A stretch of DNA of 27,819 nucleotides, from contig NW_021827559.1 in assembly GCF_006345805.1 (NCBI RefSeq), positions 1 through 27,819 of the forward strand. Reading direction: 5' to 3'. The position numbers and the translations under genes were made by a program. Below the pieces are notes generated by a model. It was not told where the DNA came from. It saw nothing but the letters and a program-made list of their open reading frames with translations, and did no database searches. Origin of the DNA: Octopus sinensis. Its lineage: Eukaryota. Shown in pieces: positions 21,994-27,819 of this stretch; position 1 is the stretch's first letter; every line of letters starts with the position of its first letter.

Positions 21994-22463
21994 GAGAAAG
22001 CAACCATACTCTGGGATATGCCGATACACACAGATAGAGAAATTAAGGCCAACAGACCAGATATAGTTGTCAGAGATCATGAAGGAAAAAAATGCTTTCT
22101 AATTGATGTATCAATACCGGCAGATGACAACGTGTCCTAAAAGAAATGGAGAAACTTTCAAAATACCAAGACCTGGAAATGGAGGTAACCAGAATGTGGA
22201 AATCTAAAAACAGAAACAATTCTATCATAGTAGGTGCATTAGGCATGATAAAAAAATATTCAGACAAATACATAACAAAACACAGGACTTACAAACACAT
22301 ATAACATACAGAAAATTGCACTACTAGGCACTGCACACATCCTACGCAGAACCTTTCCATACAATAACCATCAGCATCACAACAAATCACAGCACATACC
22401 CAAGGCACACAGAGCTGCGCTCGGTAGTGAAGTGAAAGCACGCTATCAAAAATAAAACTACTG
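21991..22463 (+). mobile_element. R4/Dong-like LINE 3' fragment within (AAT)n
   Basis: NEKATILWDMPIHTDREIKANRPDIVVRDHEGKKCFLIDVSIP, KEMEKLSKYQDLEMEVTRMW, IIVGALG, IQKIALLGTAHILRR, then 3' UTR; AAT arrays on both sides. Confidence 0.92.
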
Positions 22464-22566
22464 AATAATATAATAATATAATAATAATAATAATAATAAT
22501 ATAATAATAATAATAATAATAGTATAATAATAATAATAATAATAAAAAATAATAATAATAATAATA

Positions 22567-22599
<33 letters not shown>

Positions 22600-22643
22600 T
22601 GATGATGATGATGATGATGATTGATGATGATGATGATGATGAT
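22464..22643. repeat. (AAT)n-(GAT)n microsatellite
   Basis: Directly visible. Confidence 0.95.
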
Positions 22644-22647
22644 ATAA

Positions 22648-22861
22648 GGTTTTAATTTTGCTACAAGGGCTGTAATTTTAGGGGAGGGACGAGCCGATAA
22701 TATTGACCCCAGTGTTCAAACTGATACTTATTTTGTCGACCCCGAAAAGATGAAAGGCAAAGTCGACCTCGGTGGCATTTGAACTCAGAAAGTAAAGACA
22801 GACGAAATATTGCTAAGCAGTTTTGCCTAGCATGCTTATGATTTTGCAAGCATGCCGCCTT
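22648..22861 (-). mobile_element. SINE family A
   Basis: GATGAAAGGCAAAGTCGACCTCGG..TTTGAACTCAGAA..GCCGCCTT. Confidence 0.9.
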
Positions 22862-22867
22862 AATATG

Positions 22868-22934
<67 letters not shown>

Positions 22935-22935
<1 letters not shown>

Positions 22936-23146
22936 CCTTTCTTCTAAAGGCATAAAGCCGGAAATTTGGGGAGGAGACTAGCCAATTACATTGACCCCCA
23001 GTGTTTCACTGGTACTTAATTTATCGAAACCGAAAGGATGAAAGGCAAAGTCGACCTCGGCGGAATTTGAACTCAGAACTTAGCGATGGACGAAATACTA
23101 CTAAGCATTTTGTCCTGCGTGCTAACGATTCTGCCAGTTCACCGAT
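22935..23146 (-). mobile_element. SINE family A
   Basis: ACTGGTACTTAATTTATCGA..GGATGAAAGGCAAAGTCGACCTCGGCGGAATTTGAACTCAG. Confidence 0.9.
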
Positions 23147-23152
23147 TTTATC

Positions 23153-23228
<76 letters not shown>

Positions 23229-23232
23229 CAAC

Positions 23233-24161
23233 AACACGAGCACTCAGGGAGCGCAAACCTCCGCCAAGGCAACACCAACGTCCTCTCAACGATTAACCAG
23301 AGAGGATTTTTAAAATGAGAATATCTGAAATAAACTCAACTGCTCTCACAAACGAGAATACTAAAAATGAACGCGACAGCTCTCAAAAATTAAGTTAAAA
23401 AAACCGGAAAAATAATCCAGAATCCTTGTTCGGTACCTGATCGATCCCAATGGTAGTCATGGAATGAGAAGGTGGCTGTCGAAAATTTAGTAACATTAAT
23501 AGTTTATCCTTATCTAATACAAGCCAAAGTTAACAAATTCACGATTTAGAATAGTTTCAAAGGGGGAGGTAATAATAATAAGTTCTTCTCAGGAATTTTT
23601 TAATGAATAGCATGAGATCTTTTGGTTTTCTCTTCTCTTAGATTCCAGCTTTCCTTTAGTTTTCTTGTCTTAGATCGATGTATAGATGCATGTATATATG
23701 CAAGTATACTGTAAAGTGTTAACATGTATGTATAATATATAATGCATATATTATAAAAATATGTTGGTGTTATTTAATTTCTCAACGGTTTTGCTGCCGT
23801 TTGTTTATGTAATTTGATTTATTTATCCACCAGTTTCTACTAAGATAGAGGCGCGAGTAAAATTAATAATAAAGAAACGAAAATAAAACTTTGGAATCAA
23901 CCTACAGGGAAATAATTGAGAAAGACTTGAAAGTCAACGTAAGATCGTAATCATGTAAAGTAAAGTAAGTATTACAATGAATCCAGAATACCGGATCGAT
24001 CCCAAAATCTAATCATTTCGTGCCAGTCACGAGGTCAAATATCCCCCAAAGTTTCATCCGAATCCATCCGTTAGTTCTTGCGATATCTTGTCCACGGACA
24101 AACAAACAAGCAAACGCGATTGAAAACAATATCTCCGCTTTCGCTAAGGCGGAGGTAATAA
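23233..24161 (-). mobile_element. Helentron-associated (HINE/DINE-1-like) element, interrupted or composite
   Basis: Inverted subTIRs ACCTCCGCC (23257-23265) / GGCGGAGGT (24148-24156); local inverted repeat 24130-24157; (ACAA)n at 24098-24115; terminal stem-loop GCACTC-agg-GAGCGC at 23240-23254. Confidence 0.7.
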
Positions 24162-24761
24162 CAAACTAAAGCTAAATAAAAGTATTTAGAGACAATATTT
24201 ATGAACTATGACGATTATATCAACAGGAGAATATGAACGATATTAAATGTCGTATTATATATTCTATGTCTTATAGAATGATACATAAGGAGCTTTCTTT
24301 ATGAGTACTACTGGGTTATTATACTGTGACTTACACACACACATAAATATACATATGTATGTTCCTCTCTCTCTCTCTCTGCAAGAAATGTATGTATATA
24401 CATATGTGTCTGTGAACTTGAGCATATACGCAGAGATAGATAGATTGCTACTGGTCCGTAGTTTTTCGACATTTATTTCAATATATAAACAATAACAACT
24501 CCGGAAAGGCAAAACAAAAAGAAACAAAAAAATGACTTATCCCCCCGTTATTCAGACGACAATGTGCATTCAGTTACAAATTAAAATTAAGAAAGTGTTT
24601 CTCATATCCTCTACTGCCGCTCCTGACCCACTAAATGTGTGTGCATGTTATATATATATATATATATATACTACTAATATAGGATGAAGTTTTTTTACAG
24701 AAAAAAATTTCATCAAAAAAGTGGCAGCATATTAACATACCTTTAAAGGTTAAAATTATAA

Positions 24762-24951
24762 ACAACTTATAAACAAGAGCAAAAGAAAATTATTTCTGAT
24801 AACAGACTTTTAAATCGTCAATTTCCACATATTATATACCCACTACAGAAATACGTTGTGAGTATATAATATTGGAAATTGACGATTTAAAAGTCTGTTA
24901 TCAGCATATTGGCATAGAAATAATTTTCTTTTGCCCTTGTTTATAAGTTGT
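24762..24951. repeat. ~190 bp fold-back inverted repeat homologous to 11173-11269
   Basis: ACAACTTATAAACAAG..AAATCGTCAATTTCCA / TGGAAATTGACGATTT..CTTGTTTATAAGTTGT; right arm has about 13 extra nt. Confidence 0.9.
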
Positions 24952-24973
24952 ATATATATATATATATATATGT

Positions 24974-25371
24974 GTGTGCGGTAAGTAGCTTGTTTACCAG
25001 CCACATGGTTCCGGGTTCAGTCCCACTGCGTGGCACCCTGGGCAAGTGTCTTCTACTATAGCCTCGGGCCGACCAAAGCCTTATGAGTGGATTTGGTAGA
25101 CGGAAACTGAAAGAAGCCCGTCGTATATATGTATATATATATGCGCGTGTGTGTTTGTGTGTCTGCGTTTGTCCCCCTAGCATTGCTTGACAACCGATGC
25201 TGGTGTGTTTATGTCCCCGTCACTTAGCGGTTCGGCAAAAGAGACCGATAGAATAAGTACTGGGCTTACAAAAGAATAAGTCCCGGGGTCGAGTTGCTCG
25301 ATTAAAGGCGGTGCTCCAGCATGGCCGCAGTCAAATGACTGAAACAAGTAAAAGAGAAATAAAAGAGAAAT
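24974..25371 (+). mobile_element. SINE family B, near full length
   Basis: Colinear with the reverse complement of 20436-20816. Confidence 0.92.
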
Positions 25372-25730
25372 ATATATATACACACGCATCAGCACGTGAT
25401 GATATTTCTTTTTTTTCTGTCTGTGCTTCTCAAGCAACGTTTCGAGGTCACTGACCAAATGTTTAGCAGCACAGACTCAGTAAATCTATGACGGCAGTTA
25501 TAAACTAGGAGCAATACTGAAAATTCAGAACCTGTGATGTCTAAAGCAACACTTTGTCACTCTCTCTCTCTGTCCTCTCTCTTTCCTACATCGAATGAAA
25601 TCTTTATACCACTAACATCGTTGATTGCTCGTTGATCACATTTTCTTTTTTTTTTTCCCATAAAATCCTGTAGTTGCTTTTTGGTCTATAGCCCCAGGTC
25701 ACCTCTGATCAAGAAAGCATAGCTTTAATT

Positions 25731-25732
25731 AA

Positions 25733-25796
<64 letters not shown>

Positions 25797-26193
25797 ATTT
25801 ATATATTTCTCTATTTATTTGACAAAGTATGAAATCATTCGAGGGATATGTCTTAGCACTTTCTTGTAGATTGACAGCAGGTGTTAGCTATTTCCGTGTT
25901 GGCTTTTTCTAAATACGTAAACTTTTATTCTGTGTGTGTGTGAGTGTGTGTGCATATGTAAGTGTGTAAATGTATATATGTGTGTAGGTGTATGAGTAAG
26001 AAAATAGGCGTGTATGAGTGTGTACAATATGTCTGCCTGCCTGCCTGCCTATCTCTCTCTCTCTATATATATATATATTTGATTTTTTTTTTTTTTTCCA
26101 GTTTCAGCTAATGAGCTGTGGCCATGCTGGGGGCATACATATATACATACATGCATACATACATATATCATATATACATACATACATACTATA

Positions 26194-26246
<53 letters not shown>

Positions 26247-26327
26247 TACATACATACATGCATACATATATACATACATGCATACATACATATATACATA
26301 TATACATACATACATACATACATACAT

Positions 26328-26410
<83 letters not shown>
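25731..26410. repeat. (TA)n/(TG)n/(TACA)n microsatellite field with a short family B 3' fragment (about 26098-26135, minus)
   Basis: Directly visible; GTTTCAG..TGTGGCCATGCTGGGG. Confidence 0.8.
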
Positions 26411-26859
26411 ATATTGGGAAAAGCGTGAACGTACGAGTTACTATATATTTTTGTGAACGCGTAGATGCTTATGTTTTATTGACTCATAGTATTATGAATT
26501 TAGTCTCGATAAATACTAACCACTTCGCTCTTGACTCACCACTGTCCAAAAATGGAATTAATTGATTAATTAATTAATTATTTTATTGATTGATCATTGA
26601 GTGAGTGAGCGAGTGATTAAAAATGTAATTTCGCATTCCATAGTTACTTAAATAAGATTCTAGGAACTGATCAGTGGTTAAGAATTTACCAATAAATCAT
26701 AAACTTTGTTGTTATGTTAAGGCTTCAACAAAACGACGTTCTAATGTGACCACCACTTTATAATGTGACCACCACTTTAATTTTGCATATCAAGGATTAC
26801 ATTGTTGAGCGTGACATTTTTGCTTTAAGACGATTTGGCAATAATTTCTAGCAAAGTGC

Positions 26860-27104
<245 letters not shown>

Positions 27105-27819
27105 CATATATATCAAAATAAGCAACAGGATATCCAGAGGTAAAGCAGTACGATCGTTTCACACAACTCCATTTAATTGAAGAATGCAACCATTACATCA
27201 ATTTAAATGCAGAGCAATCCTCAGTTGTATAATGACGTAGAATTTATTTAAATTAAAACAGATGGACACATTAGTGTAATTGTACCTAAATCTCTAAGAA
27301 GTTAAGGAGATAGACAAAGAACATGCTGCCTTCACTTCCACTTAGAAGCTAGTAAGTTATCAGGAAGAAAGACTTGTTACAGATTTTGCTTGTCAATGTT
27401 TTATGGGGTCAGTTTTAATTTATAAACTAGTTTATCAAATCCGAGAGAACAGGGGCAGTGTTTGTTAAGAGTAGAGCTGAGGGAGTCGACAGAAATCATA
27501 GTGGGTATAGTCATAAAAATCAAGATTTATTAGAAGCAATATCATGAGATTTGGTAAAGGAAAACATTAAGAGGGCTGGCTACTAGCAGACCATTCATAA
27601 TGAAACGGGAGGAACCTTATCATGTAGTACTATAGTTAAATATTTTAAGCAATACAGCTATATTGTATAAAGTTAAAGCTTATAGTTATTCAGAGGATTT
27701 TTAAGAACAATAATTATAACAAAAGAATAAAATGTTTTATGAATACTTTTGAATATATACCAAACTTCTACCACAATAGAGGGGAGGAAAAAATTATCCG
27801 GAATTGTTTAATATTTATA

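Noticed and set aside
24683-24714. Hairpin GATGAAGTTTTTTT-acag-AAAAAAATTTCATC
   Set aside because: Mostly poly-T/poly-A pairing, expected by chance here
361-25371. tRNA genes at A/B-box motifs
   Set aside because: These are SINE heads fused to repeat bodies; no complete cloverleaf seen
25419-25476. 9-bp stem GTCTGTGCT/AGCACAGAC enclosing GGTCA-C-TGACC and minus-strand CGAAACGTTG
   Set aside because: No CUGANGA core; stems short enough to be chance
26742-26779. 19-bp direct repeat x2 (TAATGTGACCACCACTTTA)
   Set aside because: Simple local duplication with no spacer; not CRISPR-like

Overview
AT-rich, very repeat-dense eukaryotic non-coding DNA. The SINE families and (AAT)n/(TA)n/(TATG)n load resemble an octopus (coleoid cephalopod) genome; this is recognition from memory, not a database result. 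No intact host gene, rRNA or true tRNA is supported, and most listed ORFs are microsatellite or SINE artefacts. The window is a transposon mosaic: about 20 tRNA-derived SINE copies of three families; four R4/Dong-like LINE 3' fragments, three embedded in (TAA)n; two RTE-like and four L1/Tx1-like 3' fragments; a DD41D-like Tc1/mariner remnant; a long-TIR mariner with nested insertions; three copies of a Merlin-like MITE carrying telomeric TTAGGG arrays; a pogo-like MITE; a complete non-autonomous Helitron; and a Helentron/HINE-like element. The best non-obvious signal is a well-formed type I hammerhead ribozyme (11033-11108, +) inside a ~370 bp TA-flanked element. The 3' end of that element recurs as a ~190 bp fold-back at 24762-24951, suggesting a Penelope-like or retrozyme-like family.
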